Positions 17,609-31,106 of a DNA stretch of 64,000 bases are shown piece by piece (position 1 is the stretch's first letter; the number at the start of each line of letters is the position of its first letter). The stretch comes from Octopus vulgaris (lineage: Eukaryota). The notes beneath the pieces were generated by a model. That model worked only from the letters and a program-made list of their open reading frames with translations, searched no databases and was not told where the DNA came from. The position numbers were made by a program, and so were the translations under genes. The stretch spans positions 15,872,001 through 15,936,000 of the forward strand of contig OX597841.1 in NCBI GenBank assembly GCA_951406725.2, given 5' to 3'.

Positions 17609-17765
17609 GACAGGCTTCTTTCAGTTTCCGTCTACCAAATCCACTCACAAGGCATTGGTCGGCCCGGGGCTATAGCAGAAGACACTTGCCCAAGATGCCA
17701 CGCAGTGGGACTGAACCCGGAACCATGTGGTTGGTTAGCAAACTACTTACCACACAGCCACTCCT
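17335..17765 (-). mobile_element. SINE family 1
   Basis: Near full-length copy with internal (TA)n. Confidence 0.9.
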
Positions 17766-17799
17766 TTTTTTAAAAAAATATTTTTAGCTCTTCCTCTAT

Positions 17800-18350
17800 T
17801 AATTGTTTCGGTCATTTGACTGCGGCCATGCAGGAGCATAGCCTTTTAGTCGAGCAAATCGATCACGGGACTTGTTCTTTGTAGGCCTAGTACTTATTCC
17901 ATCGGTCTCTTTCGCCGAACCGTTATGCTATGGAGACGTAGATGCACCAACCTCGATCGTCAAGCCATTATGGGTGACAAACACAGACACGTGTGGTAAA
18001 TAGCTTGCTGATCCGAGTTCAGTCCCACTGTGTGGCACCTTGGACAAGTGTCTTCTGCTATAGCCTCAGTCCGACCAAAGCCTTGTGAGTGGATTTGGTA
18101 GACGGAAACTGAAAGAAGCCCGTCGTGTATATGTATATATATGTGTATGTGTTTGTATGTCTGCTTGTCCCCCTAACATCGCTTGACAATCGATGCTGGT
18201 GTGTTTATGTCCCCGTAACTTAGCGGTTCGGCAAAAGAGACCGATAGAATAAGTACTAGGCTTACAAAGAATAAGTCCTGGGGTCGATTTCATCGACAAA
18301 AGGCGGTGCTCCAGCATGGCCGCAGTCAAATAATTGAAACAAGTAAAAGA
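17800..18350. mobile_element. SINE family 1: minus-strand 3' half joined to a plus-strand copy
   Basis: 17800-17990 matches the tail in reverse; 17990-18350 is forward. Confidence 0.8.
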
Positions 18351-18353
18351 GAT

Positions 18354-18730
<377 letters not shown>

Positions 18731-18828
18731 AGTTACACATAAATATAATTTGTAGAACTTTATACATGCTGGATTTCGGTCGGGCGCCCTGTATCTAGTT
18801 CTGGAAATTGTGTTTCGTAAACGACAGA

Positions 18829-18904
18829 CTATGCTGAAGAGCTTGCAGATGTTTATGTATCCATATACGTAAATTATTAACAAGTGAAACTAATTAGTAC
18901 ATAG
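18829..18904 (+). ncRNA. Type-I hammerhead ribozyme, canonical core
   Basis: Stem I CTATG/CATAG; core CTGAAGA; stem II GCTTG/CAAGT with inner 9-bp hairpin; GAA; palindromic stem III ACTAATTAGT; GUA triplet. Confidence 0.75.
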
Positions 18905-19091
18905 GTAATTGTTTTTTATTTCGTATATTTTCATTTGTTTTGCTCACTTTTACATTTTGGCGTTTTGGTGAATTTTTTCTTGAGAACATATTCTTCGTGG
19001 AAAATGGCGATTTTGGCGTCTATATCTAACATACAGGCTGTTGAATTTTAGTTGTCAATCCTCTCTCTCGCTCTCTCTCTCTCTCTCTCTT

Positions 19092-19182
<91 letters not shown>

Positions 19183-19185
<3 letters not shown>

Positions 19186-19332
19186 GGAGTAAACACATAA
19201 ATGTGAAACAAGGTGGAAAAAGAGTACTCAAATACCAGCGGTAGAGTAATATGCCTTATTTTAAAGCAGCAGAAATTCAACAAAACCTGTTACTCTGAGT
19301 TTCACGTTACCGTTCGCCGGACAGTTTTTGTT
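19183..19332 (-). mobile_element. Hammerhead-bearing element family C
   Basis: Minus strand CTGT-CCGGCGA-ACG-GTAA-CGT-GAA-ACTCAGAGT-A-ACAG (19287-19324). Homologs at 30181-30276 and 32900-32977. Sits in (TA)n. Confidence 0.7.
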
Positions 19333-19360
19333 AACAAAAGTATATATATATATATATAAT

Positions 19361-19469
19361 TTTAATCCAAACGGGAAACAAAAAAACAACAACAATGGAA
19401 CAATTACAGTATTATTATTAATAGGCGCTCAGGAAATGGAAGCAGGGAGGTATGACGTTTCGAGCGGAG

Positions 19470-19470
<1 letters not shown>
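19361..19470 (-). mobile_element. Truncated family-A-related hammerhead element
   Basis: Minus strand begins GCTCCGCTC-GAA-ACGT-C; downstream CTGAGCG...TTTGGATTAA matches family A. Confidence 0.55.
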
Positions 19471-19541
<71 letters not shown>

Positions 19542-19559
19542 GTATGTATCTGTATATAT

Positions 19560-19724
19560 ATGACGAGCTTCTTTCAGTTTCCGTCAACCAAATCCACCAA
19601 CAAGGCTTTGGTCGGCCTGAGGCTATAGTAGAAGACACTTGCCCAAGGTGTCAAGCAGTGGGACTGAATCCGGAACCATGTGATTGAGAAGCAAGCTTCT
19701 CACCACACAGCCACGTCTGTGCCA

Positions 19725-19770
<46 letters not shown>

Positions 19771-20156
19771 TTTTACTCTTTTACTTGTTTCAGTCATTTG
19801 ACTGCGGCCATGCTGGAGCACCACCTTTAGTCGAGCAAATCGACCCCGGGACTTATTCTTTGTAAGCCCAGTACTTATTCTATCGGTCTCTTTTGCCGAT
19901 CCGCTAAGTTACGGGGACGTAAACACACCAGCATCGGTTGTCAAGCAATGCTAGAGGGACAAACACACACACAAACATATACATACACATACATATATAT
20001 ATATACATATATACGACAGGCTTCTTTCAGTTTCCGTCTACCAAATCCATTCACAAGGCTTTGGTCGGCCCGGGGCTATAGCAGAAGACACTTGCCCAAG
20101 GTGCCACGCAGTGGGATTGAACCCGGTACCATGTGGTTGGTTAGCAAGCTACTTAC
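19560..20156 (-). mobile_element. SINE family 1 (head half 19560-19725 plus copy 19768-20156)
   Basis: Homology to the other copies. Confidence 0.85.
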
Positions 20157-20206
20157 ATACATTTATATAAAGGGGAATGTAATTAGGAAATAGAATTATA
20201 TACGTA

Positions 20207-20240
<34 letters not shown>

Positions 20241-20650
20241 CATACACATACATGTATGTATATATGGCAAAAACATTGTTATACCATCTGCCAATTTTTA
20301 GTAGACACACCAACAAACTCCCTTTCATCAACACCTACTTACACACTAACACATGTATACATACATACACACATTATTATTTCTTTATTTCTTTGTTGGT
20401 CTGTTTTTTATTGTTTCTTTTTTTTTGTTTTGTTTTTTAATTTTGTTTGTTTTTTTCTTGTTTAGTGACAACAATGAACGGACTATAAAACGTTGCCAGC
20501 ACTATTTAACAGACGGATTTCTCACATCTCACTTGCTTTCTCTTTCTATGAGGTGTTTTTCGGTCACGCCTTGTATTGTTTTATTATTGAGAAAAATTGG
20601 CTTTGATGATGAAACGAAGTTCCTACAACATACAAACAAACACAAACAAT

Positions 20651-20724
<74 letters not shown>

Positions 20725-21682
20725 TAGAAAATAAATGTTCTGGTTCAACTCTCCTTTTAATTTAAATGTCACTTCTGGTCTCATCCCGTCTGAGGTTTGT
20801 GAGATTGGGTCGCACCAGACACCACGATCCCGCATCGTATTCGTCAAGGTGCGGGTGGAATGGAAGCGGCGTGGGCCGCAGGGCATACGGTCTGCTGGTA
20901 CGGAGCTGGTTGGTGAGCGGTGGTGTCGTTAAGTCGGCCGACCCGTATGTATCGATACCTACGTGTTCATAGACGTGTGACGCTAACGAGGTATCGCTTA
21001 GCTCTCAAGTAATGTCTCGCAAAAGGAATGAGTTCCTCTCTCCCTCTCTCTCTCTCTTTCTCCATCTTCCTACATCTTTCTATTTCACAGACACCCTTGA
21101 ATGACATCATTAATTGCAAGAAGACTGCTGCTACAGCAGACGCCATTTTGCTTTTTGCGATATTCACAACGGTCCATAATATCCTGGAATATGAGCAATG
21201 AAAACTTGCTCCAGGTGTTCGGGAAACGTCCAAAACAATTGTTCCGTGCAACAGTTGTGATTCCGGAAGAAGGTCTACAGAAGATCGCCTAATATAGCAA
21301 AATATTTTAAGGCTTCATACGTTGGCATTCTCTTAATTTAAAAAAAAAAATACACCGTAAATTCTTTATTTCAAATGCAGTTGGGATTAACAATGAATGT
21401 ACAGACATTTCGTTGCATTCACCATAAAACACCAATAGAAGAAATCGCAGTTACGTTCCTTTCAATCTCGCGTTCTCCTTAGGTGTGTATGTATGTATGT
21501 ATGTATGTATGTATGTATGTATGTATGTATGTATGTATGCATGTATGTATGTATGTATGTATGTATGTATGTATTTATGTATGTATGTGTGTGTATGTAT
21601 TCTTTTATTTTTTTATTTGTTTCAGTCATTTTACTGCAGCCATGCTGGAGCACCGTCTTAGAGGGTTTTAGGCGAAGAAATC

Positions 21683-22139
21683 GACCTCGGCGGAATTTGA
21701 ACTCAGAACATAAAGACAGACGAAATACCTATTTCTATTTCTTTACTGCCCGCAAGGGGCTAAACACAGAGGGGACAAACAAGGACAGACAAAGGGATTA
21801 AGTCGATTATATCGACCCCAGTGCGTAACTGGTACTTATTTAATCGACCCCGAAAGAATGAAAGGTAAAGTCGACCTCGGCGGAATTTGAACTCAGAACG
21901 TAAAGACAGACGAAATAACTATTTCTTTACTGCCCGCAAGGGGCTAAACACAGAGAGGACATACAAGGAGAGACAAACGGATTAAGTCGATTACATCGAC
22001 CCCAGTGCGTAACTGGTACTTATTTAATCGATGAAAGGCAAAGTCGACCTCGGCGGAATTTGAACTCAGAACGTAACGGCAGACGAAATACGGCTACGCA
22101 TTTCGCCCGGCATGCTAACGATTCTGCCAGCTCACCGCC
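21683..22139 (-). mobile_element. tRNA-derived SINE family 2 with tandem partial duplications
   Basis: Head GGCGGTGAGCTGGCAGAATCGTTAGC...GAGTTCAAATTCCGCC; body CCTTTCAT(C/T)CTTTCGGGGTCGATTAAATAAGTACCAG. The B-box segment occurs three times. Homolog at 31310-31538. Confidence 0.85.
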
Positions 22140-22149
22140 ATCTCTGCCT

Positions 22150-22195
<46 letters not shown>

Positions 22196-22560
22196 TAAAA
22201 AACAAACAAAAAAGCCATAGATAATGGCATGAAAAAAAATGTTTAAAGCGGCCTTTGTTCTTTTAACCAGGCGAATATTTACCTGCTAGTTTTTATAGCA
22301 TTCTATGTAAATCGAGATCTTATACCAAGACAGATTAAAACGCAGTTATCATTAATCGTATCTTTTCCTGAATATGTATGTACGTATGTTTACAACATGA
22401 AACCATGGGTTCTTGAAATCTAGGAGAGTTACATGCAGACATTTGACTTAACGTTTGTACATAATAATTATGTCATTTCCGCCATATTAGAGCTGGTTGA
22501 AGAAGGTTTGACTGGGTGTACGTGTATATTAGTGCGTATATACTTATTTGTATATGTGTA

Positions 22561-22635
<75 letters not shown>

Positions 22636-22673
22636 ATATACACACACATATATAAATAATTTACATATATATG

Positions 22674-22705
<32 letters not shown>

Positions 22706-22725
22706 TGTCTATCTATCTATCTATA

Positions 22726-23094
22726 TCTCTCTATATATAAACGGCAGTTTGTCTGTCTGCGTGTCTGTGTGTCTGTTAGGTTGTACCCTCACCCTGACCA
22801 CGGCTTTCAACCGATTCTGATGAAACTTGACACACACATAGCCCAATGTCATAATTCAAAACTAACACAGCGAAAATTTTGAAAAGTTCCCCCAGTTCTG
22901 AAAACAATCGATAAATTCGACATGGAGTCGAGAATCAGAAACACAAACCACAGACTGTCTAAGGGACGCAACTCGACCTTTTTAACTGAAAAAATTTACC
23001 ATCATTTTTTTCCCATTTTTTGGCTATAACTCTCTAAAAATGCTTTATAGTTATTTCCCTTACAAACCCGAGCAACGCCGGGCGATACTGCTAG
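22726..23094 (+). mobile_element. Non-autonomous Helitron
   Basis: A|TC 5' end, subterminal hairpin, CTAG|T 3' end, no TSD. Near-identical to 26588-26955. Confidence 0.85.
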
Positions 23095-23782
23095 TATATA
23101 TATAAATATATGTGTATATATATATATACACATATATACACATATATATATATATATATATATACATATATATTTATATATATATCTGTGTATCTATCTA
23201 TCTATATATCTATCTATCTATCTATATATATATATATATATATATAACCATTTATTGTGTATGTTCCTAGTGGTTCAATACGCTTGTGAATGTAAATTAA
23301 AACCGTTTTGACAACATAAGGAAAAACAGAGAAAGACAGGAAAAGACAGAGAGAGACAGAGACAGAGAGACACACACACACACAGATAGCCTGACAAACA
23401 GACAGACAGGGAAACCGAAAGGGAGGCAAACGGACAGGAGCAGTGTGTGGTTTACTTTCCTTGTCAAATTTGTTTAAGATGAAACCCCCCACCCCCACCC
23501 CCGTTTCTGTTTTTTTTTTTCCTCCTTTTCATTCTGAGAAGCTTCCAGACGCACGACGACCTACCTACGATATCGGGGCCCCTTTGGCACCGATATTTAG
23601 GTATTCCTTATCAGGGGTCGGGCGGGGCGGGGGGGGGGGCGAAGAACTATCCACACCACACTCGCTTGTGTATGTGTGTGCATAAACGGATGGATGTATG
23701 GATGGATGTGTGTGTGTATATATGAGGGTATATATATGTGTGCATATATACCCTCCTTTATACATACGTACGCATACGTACT

Positions 23783-23904
<122 letters not shown>

Positions 23905-24016
23905 CACGCACACATATGCTTGCATGTATGTATAAATGTATGTATCGATTGATGGATGGATGGATGGATGGATGCGAGTATATATTCGTCTGTGTGCATG
24001 TATGTACATGTATATG

Positions 24017-24053
<37 letters not shown>

Positions 24054-24056
24054 GTA

Positions 24057-24120
<64 letters not shown>

Positions 24121-24194
24121 AATATATATATATATATATGTGTGTGTGTATGTGTGTGTCTATCTATCTATCTATTTATCTCCCTCTCTCGCTC

Positions 24195-24300
<106 letters not shown>

Positions 24301-24769
24301 ATTTATATATATATATATATGTGTGTGTGTGTTTGTATGTATATATATCGATTGATGTATGTGTCTATATCTATATATATATATATGTGTGTGTGTATAT
24401 ACATATGTGTGTGTGTGTGTCTGTGTATGGAGGGGGTGGGGGATGAAATCGGCTGTATTATGTCAAGCTGTGGACATCTGCCTGTGTCCCCTCAGCTGGA
24501 AGCTAACCGATCCTTCATAACCCCCGCACCCCTTCCGCTTTCTCTCTCATATGACCCCTTTTTTTTTTTTTTTTTTTGCTCCACAATACCCGATGTCCCC
24601 TTTTTTTGTCTTCTCTCTCGCTCGCTCTTTCTCTCTCTTCCCTTCTCCCTCCCTCCAATAATAATAACCCCCGATTCTTCATCGGTGGTGGGCATGGAAG
24701 CAACCGATAAACGGGATGCTGCGCACGTTTGTTTATGAGCCGATTGGGGAAAAAAATAAAACCCCGGAC

Positions 24770-24770
24770 C

Positions 24771-24803
<33 letters not shown>

Positions 24804-24894
24804 CAGCAGCAGTAATAGTAGTAGTAGTTGTAGTAGTAGTAGTAGTAGTAGCAGTAATTGCATCATCCTCCTCATTATTATTATTGTTATTATT

Positions 24895-24926
<32 letters not shown>

Positions 24927-24975
24927 TGTCATCGTCATCATCATCATCATTATTATTATTAGTAGTAGTAGTAGT

Positions 24976-25007
<32 letters not shown>

Positions 25008-25206
25008 TCGTAGTAGTAGTAGTCTGCATAAGAGGAGGGAGGGCTACATAGGACGAGGAGTGGAGAGAGAGGAGAGAGAGAGAGAGAGAGTGCGGCGGCG
25101 GCGTGGCGGAAGGGTCTTTCCTTGTCTCCAAATATTACATTCGGACCAGTTACAATCCGTCTGTCTGACTGTCTATCTGTCCGACTCTCAGCTTCTTACT
25201 ATCTTC

Positions 25207-25242
<36 letters not shown>

Positions 25243-25469
25243 CACCACCACCACCACTACTACTACTACTACTTCATATCGCTTATTTTTTCCATCTCCA
25301 TCATCTCTCTCTTGCTTTTGCTGTCGATATTCTTCCTCCTTTCTTCTTCTTTATCTTCTTCGTTTTCATTCTTCTTCTTCTCTTCTTCTTCTTCTTTTTC
25401 TTCTTCTTCTCCTCCTTCTCCTCCTCCTCCTCTTCTTCTTCTTCTCCTTTTTCTTCTACTTCTTCATTC

Positions 25470-25501
<32 letters not shown>

Positions 25502-25660
25502 CTTCTTCTTCTTCTTCTTCTTCTTCTTCTTCTTCTTCTTCTTCTTCTTCTTCTTCTTCTTCTTCTTCTTCTTCTTCTTCTTCTTCTTCTTCTTCTTCTT
25601 CTTCTTCTTCTTCTTCTTCTTCTTCTTCTTCTTCTTCTTCTTCTTCTTCTTCTTCTTCAT
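24770..25660. repeat. Trinucleotide mosaic ending in ~60 x (TTC)
   Basis: (GCA), (GTA), (TCA), (CTA), (CCA) and (TTC) arrays. Confidence 0.95.
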
Positions 25661-25811
25661 TCTACTTCATTTTCTCGGAGACTGCAGATCCATTCCATCA
25701 GTGGAACTGTAAAAATCTGTAAAACTTTCCAGAAGTTTATCATTTAAATATAAATGACCATGTCTAGATATGCAAATATATGCATGAGAATACATACATT
25801 ACATACATACA

Positions 25812-25842
<31 letters not shown>

Positions 25843-26177
25843 CATACATTCATACATACATACATACACACACACATACATACATACATACATACATACA
25901 TACATACATACATACATGCATATATACACACATACATACATACATACATACATACATACATACACACATACATACATACATACATACATACATGCATATA
26001 TACACACATACATACATACATACATACATACATACATACATACATACATGCATACATACATACGTACGTACATACGTACATACATACATACATACATACA
26101 TACATACATACATACATACATACATACGTACGTACGTTTTCTTCCAGGAGTTAAATGGCATTACTGTCGTCTCTTAG

Positions 26178-26480
26178 AGCTGTGCTTCTCAAACTCTCTC
26201 ATGTGGCTTACCACCAGTTTTTTTCTTTTCCCAGTGTGCCAGGAACCGGTAATATTTCTTCGTAATATTAATTTATACCTGAAACAATATACATAAAAAA
26301 TATAATTAAAGTCGACAATTTTCTTTATTTTATATTTATTTTGTAAACAAATAATACAATATTACATAAGCATTTTATAGTGTTTCTTTCTATTCTGGAA
26401 ACTCGCCACGTACCGGCAGCTGATGGCTCGCGGGCCGGCACCGGTCCGTGGACTACCACTTTCTGGGGACAGCCGCATTA
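26178..26480. mobile_element. Possible decayed hAT-type MITE
   Basis: Left end CTGTGCTTCTCAAA and right subterminal CCGGTCCGTGGAC resemble hAT/Charlie ends. The TIR match is poor. Confidence 0.3.
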
Positions 26481-26587
26481 AAATGGCGACAAACAATATT
26501 TTCTGGATCGTATTCTACGTCCATTTCGGACAGAGATTTTCTAACGGACTTGTTTCCCAGTTACAAAATCAGTATTTGACACTGTTA

Positions 26588-26954
26588 TCTCTCTCTATAT
26601 AAACGGCAGTTTGTCTGTGTGTGTTTCTGTGTGTCTGTTAGGTTGTACCCTCACCCTGACCACGGCTTTCAACCGATTCTGATGAAACTTGACACACACA
26701 TAGCCCATTGTCATAATTCAAAACTAACGCAGCGAAGATTTTGAAAAGTTCCCCCAGTTTTGAAAAAATCGATAAATTCGACATGGGGTCGACAATCAGA
26801 AACACAAACCACAGACTGTCTAGGGGACGCAACTCGACCTTTTTAACTAAAAAAAAATTTACCATCATTTTTTTCCATTTTTTGGCTATAACTCTCTAAA
26901 AATTCTTTATAGTTATTTCCTTACAAACCCGAGCAACGCCGGGCGATACTGCTA

Positions 26955-26955
<1 letters not shown>
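26588..26955 (+). mobile_element. Non-autonomous Helitron
   Basis: A|TC...hairpin...CTAG|T. Confidence 0.85.
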
Positions 26956-26995
<40 letters not shown>

Positions 26996-27098
26996 GATTT
27001 GAAAAATTTCCTCCTGCCTTTTTGAATCGCAAAGTCTTTGATCAGGACCTCAAAATAAAATCTTAGGTAACACATCTGAATCTATACTTACTAGAGAT

Positions 27099-27521
27099 AC
27101 TCCTTTTTACTCTTTTACTTGTTTCAGTCATTTGACTGCGACCATGCTGGAGCACCGCCTTTAGTCGAACAAATCGACCCCGGGACTTCTTTGTAAGCCC
27201 AGTACTTATTCTATGAATCTCTTTGCCGAACCGCTAAGTGACGGGGACGTAAACACACCAACATCGGTTGTCAAGCAATTCTAGGGGGACAAACACACAC
27301 ACACAAACACACACATATACACACACATACATATATATACTATATATATACATATATACGACATGCTTCTTTCAGTTTCCGTCTACCAAATCCACTCACA
27401 AGGCATTGGTCGGCCCGGGGCTATAGCAGAAGACACTTGCCCAAGATGCCACGCAGTGGGACTGAACCCGGAACCATGTGGTTGGTTAGCAAGCTACTTA
27501 CCACACAGCCACTCCTGCGCC
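27099..27521 (-). mobile_element. SINE family 1, full length
   Basis: Complete head (GGCGCAGGAGTGGC) to (GAGTAAAA)n tail. Confidence 0.9.
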
Positions 27522-28029
27522 TATAAAGGCATCCCAAATATTATCTTAGCAAGTTTAAAGTGAATTTCTTTTGTGCCGTAAACTATTTACTATTTCTGTG
27601 GTGCCCCCTCCTTCCCTTGACGTCCTAAGCACATGCTTATTTTGCCTAATGGTTAATCTAGCGCTGGCCATTCCTGACAAGCGAGTACCAACCACCGAGG
27701 AAACTCAATAGAGATCGAAACAACGTGGTCTGGTGGTCGTGGAGCTAGAGTGGCAAGAGTTATCTCCCGCTAGAGATACATATCGCGTGCGAGAAGTGCA
27801 CAGAATAATCAAGCGGGAGGAGATGTGTTCCTGGGGTTTAACTTATAGAAGCGCCATCTCTTAAGGGACAAACGCATTAAAGGGCCACAGGCAATGCTAT
27901 TTGGTTCATGCTGCTTCTGTCACGAACCGAGATTTTCTAACAGAAAATACACAGGCACACACACACACGCGCATACACACATACACACACGCATACACAC
28001 AAACACACACGAACACACACACATATATA

Positions 28030-28421
28030 GGCGCAAGAGTGACTGTGGTAAGTAACTTACTTACCGACCACATGGTTCTGGGTTCACCTTGGGCAAGAGT
28101 GTCTTCTACTATAGTCTGGTGCCGACCAAAGCCTTGTCAGTGGATTTTGTAGACGGAAACTGAAAGAAGCCCATTGTATATATATATATGTATATATACG
28201 TGTGTATCTGTGTGTGTGTTTGTCCCCCCCCCCCCCCGCAACATCGCTTGACAACCGATGCTGGAGTGTTTACCTTCCCGTACCCTAGCGGTTCGGCAAA
28301 AGAGACCAATGCAATAAGTACTAGGCTTACGAAGAATAAGCTCTGGAGTCGATTTGCTCGGCCAAAAGGCTGTGCTCCAGCATGGCCGCAGTCAAATCAC
28401 TGAAACAAGTAAAAGAATAAA
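28030..28421 (+). mobile_element. SINE family 1
   Basis: Homology; small deletion after the B box. Confidence 0.85.
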
Positions 28422-28669
28422 GGAATACAACTGCCAATACACACGCACACACACCACACACACCACATGCACACATACACACAAACACATACACACACAC
28501 ACACACATCCACACACACACACACACACACACAGAGGCACATACACACACCACACACACAAACACATCCACACACACACACACATCCACACACACACACA
28601 TCCACACACACACACACACAGAGGCACATACACACACACACACAAACACATCCACACACACACACACAT

Positions 28670-28713
<44 letters not shown>

Positions 28714-29057
28714 GCACATACACACACCACACACACCACATGCACACATACACACAAACACATACACACACACACACACATCCACACACACACACACACA
28801 CACACACACAGGCACATACACACGCACGCAAGAACGCTCGTGCACTCGCTCAGCACGGAACATGCGTTGGGCGCAGGGGCGGAGGGGAGCGATGCATGTC
28901 CGCATGCCTGCACACGCCGTCTGCATATCTAAATGCAGCGAATCGCATGCAATTGTGCATGTTGAACAGTCATGCATGTGCATAGCACATACATGTACAA
29001 GTGTATATACATGTATGTATATATCTGTGTACATATACGTACAGGCATATATATATT

Positions 29058-29114
<57 letters not shown>

Positions 29115-29540
29115 TATACATATATATATGCATATATAAATTTATATACATACATATATATATATACACACATATATATGCATATATATACAGATATATA
29201 GCATACATATATATATATATTTGTGTGTGTATATATATATATATATATATACGTATTGAAGCATACATACATACATATTTAGGGATGTATATATATATAT
29301 GCGTGCGTGTGTGTATGTATGTATATATATCAATATATGTGTATATATATATATATATGTATATAAGCAAAAAAAACGAATGTACACACACGCTGGGACA
29401 CACATGCACACACACGCACACACGCACACACATATAAATATTCTTAAATACGTGTGTTTGTGTAGTGGGGGAAGAGGGGAGAAGCTTTTGCAAACCACGC
29501 AAATGAAATAATCGAGCGTGCACACACCATCCATAAACAC

Positions 29541-29597
<57 letters not shown>

Positions 29598-29740
29598 TCA
29601 CACACGCACAGAGAGAGAGACATATGTACTTACCCAGACACAGACGTGTACACACATAGCTCGTTACACTGTGACCTCCATATTGGAAATATATCAAACT
29701 CGCTGACATATTTAATCTAGCAATAGAAACATGCACAGCC

Positions 29741-29807
<67 letters not shown>

Positions 29808-30123
29808 TGCATATATTAATAATATTAATTTGAGGGAACATTTTTCCACACTTACAGGGAAAAATTCAATTTAGAAAAACTAAATCGAATTTCACAATAT
29901 ATGAGATATAAAAATTAGAAAAAAACCACCTTTTATCAATTCAATTTAATTTAATTGTTCATTTTGAATTAATAAAAGGTGTTTTTTTTTCTAATTTATA
30001 TATATGCATATATCACGTGATCGACCAGACCATTAGATGTTGTTACACATCGCTAGTCACAATGCGCTTCGCATTGTTTTAGTCTTCGATAAACGCCACC
30101 CCGCTGGCTAAGCGAGCAGGCCA

Positions 30124-30183
<60 letters not shown>

Positions 30184-30272
30184 GGAGTAAACACATAAAT
30201 GTGAAACAAGGTGGAAAAAAAGAGTACTCAAATACCAGGGGCAGAGTAATATGCTTTATTTAAAAGCAACAG

Positions 30273-30323
<51 letters not shown>

Positions 30324-30327
30324 TATA

Positions 30328-30619
30328 TAGAGTGGTTAGTATACCTGTCAACTTAACGTGACAGTCCTGCAAGGGAATTACCTCACCGCTGCTCTAGCCC
30401 TAGGAAGCATCGACACTCCCTCACGGTCTCCCGACACATTTCCGGTGTCCTTATATATTTACGAAGGGGAGACAAACACCCCTCCCCTTCGTAAATATAT
30501 AAGGACACCGGAAATGTGTCGAGGCCGACAGGGAGTGTCGATGCTTCCTAGGCTAAACAGCGGTGAGGTAATTCCCTTACAGGACTGTCACGTTAAGTTG
30601 ACAGTATACAATCACTCTA
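30328..30619. repeat. Long inverted repeat, ~140-bp arms with 10-nt spacer
   Basis: 30432-30471 is the perfect reverse complement of 30482-30521 (40 bp). The arms continue with few mismatches or indels. Confidence 0.95.
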
Positions 30620-30676
30620 CCGCTCCACCACTGTACATATCTCTATGAGATATTTAGAAATTTAATATTTCTGATA

Positions 30677-30711
<35 letters not shown>

Positions 30712-30714
<3 letters not shown>

Positions 30715-31050
30715 ATTTGACTACGGCCATGCTGGAGCACCGCCTTTAATCGAGCAACTCGACCCCAGGACTTATTCTTTGTAAGCCCAGTACTTATTCT
30801 ATCGGTCTCTTTTTTGCCAAACCGCTAGGTGACGGGGACATAAACACACCAGCATCGGTTGTCAAGCGATGGTAGGGGGACAAACACAGACACACAAACA
30901 CACACATATATATATATATATACATATATACGACAGGCTTCTTTCAGTTTCCGTCTACCAAATCCACTCACAAGGCATTGGTCGGCCCGGGGCTATAGCA
31001 GAAGACACTTGCCCAAGATGCCACGCAGTGGGACTGAACCCGGAACCATG
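30712..31050 (-). mobile_element. SINE family 1, truncated
   Basis: Homology. Confidence 0.85.
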
Positions 31051-31081
<31 letters not shown>

Positions 31082-31106
31082 ATATAACAATGATGCAGCA
31101 CGGATT

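Noticed and set aside
22405-22460. CTGAATA...GAAACCATGGGT hammerhead-like string just upstream (~22365-22420)
   Set aside because: G8 is missing and there is no convincing stem I.
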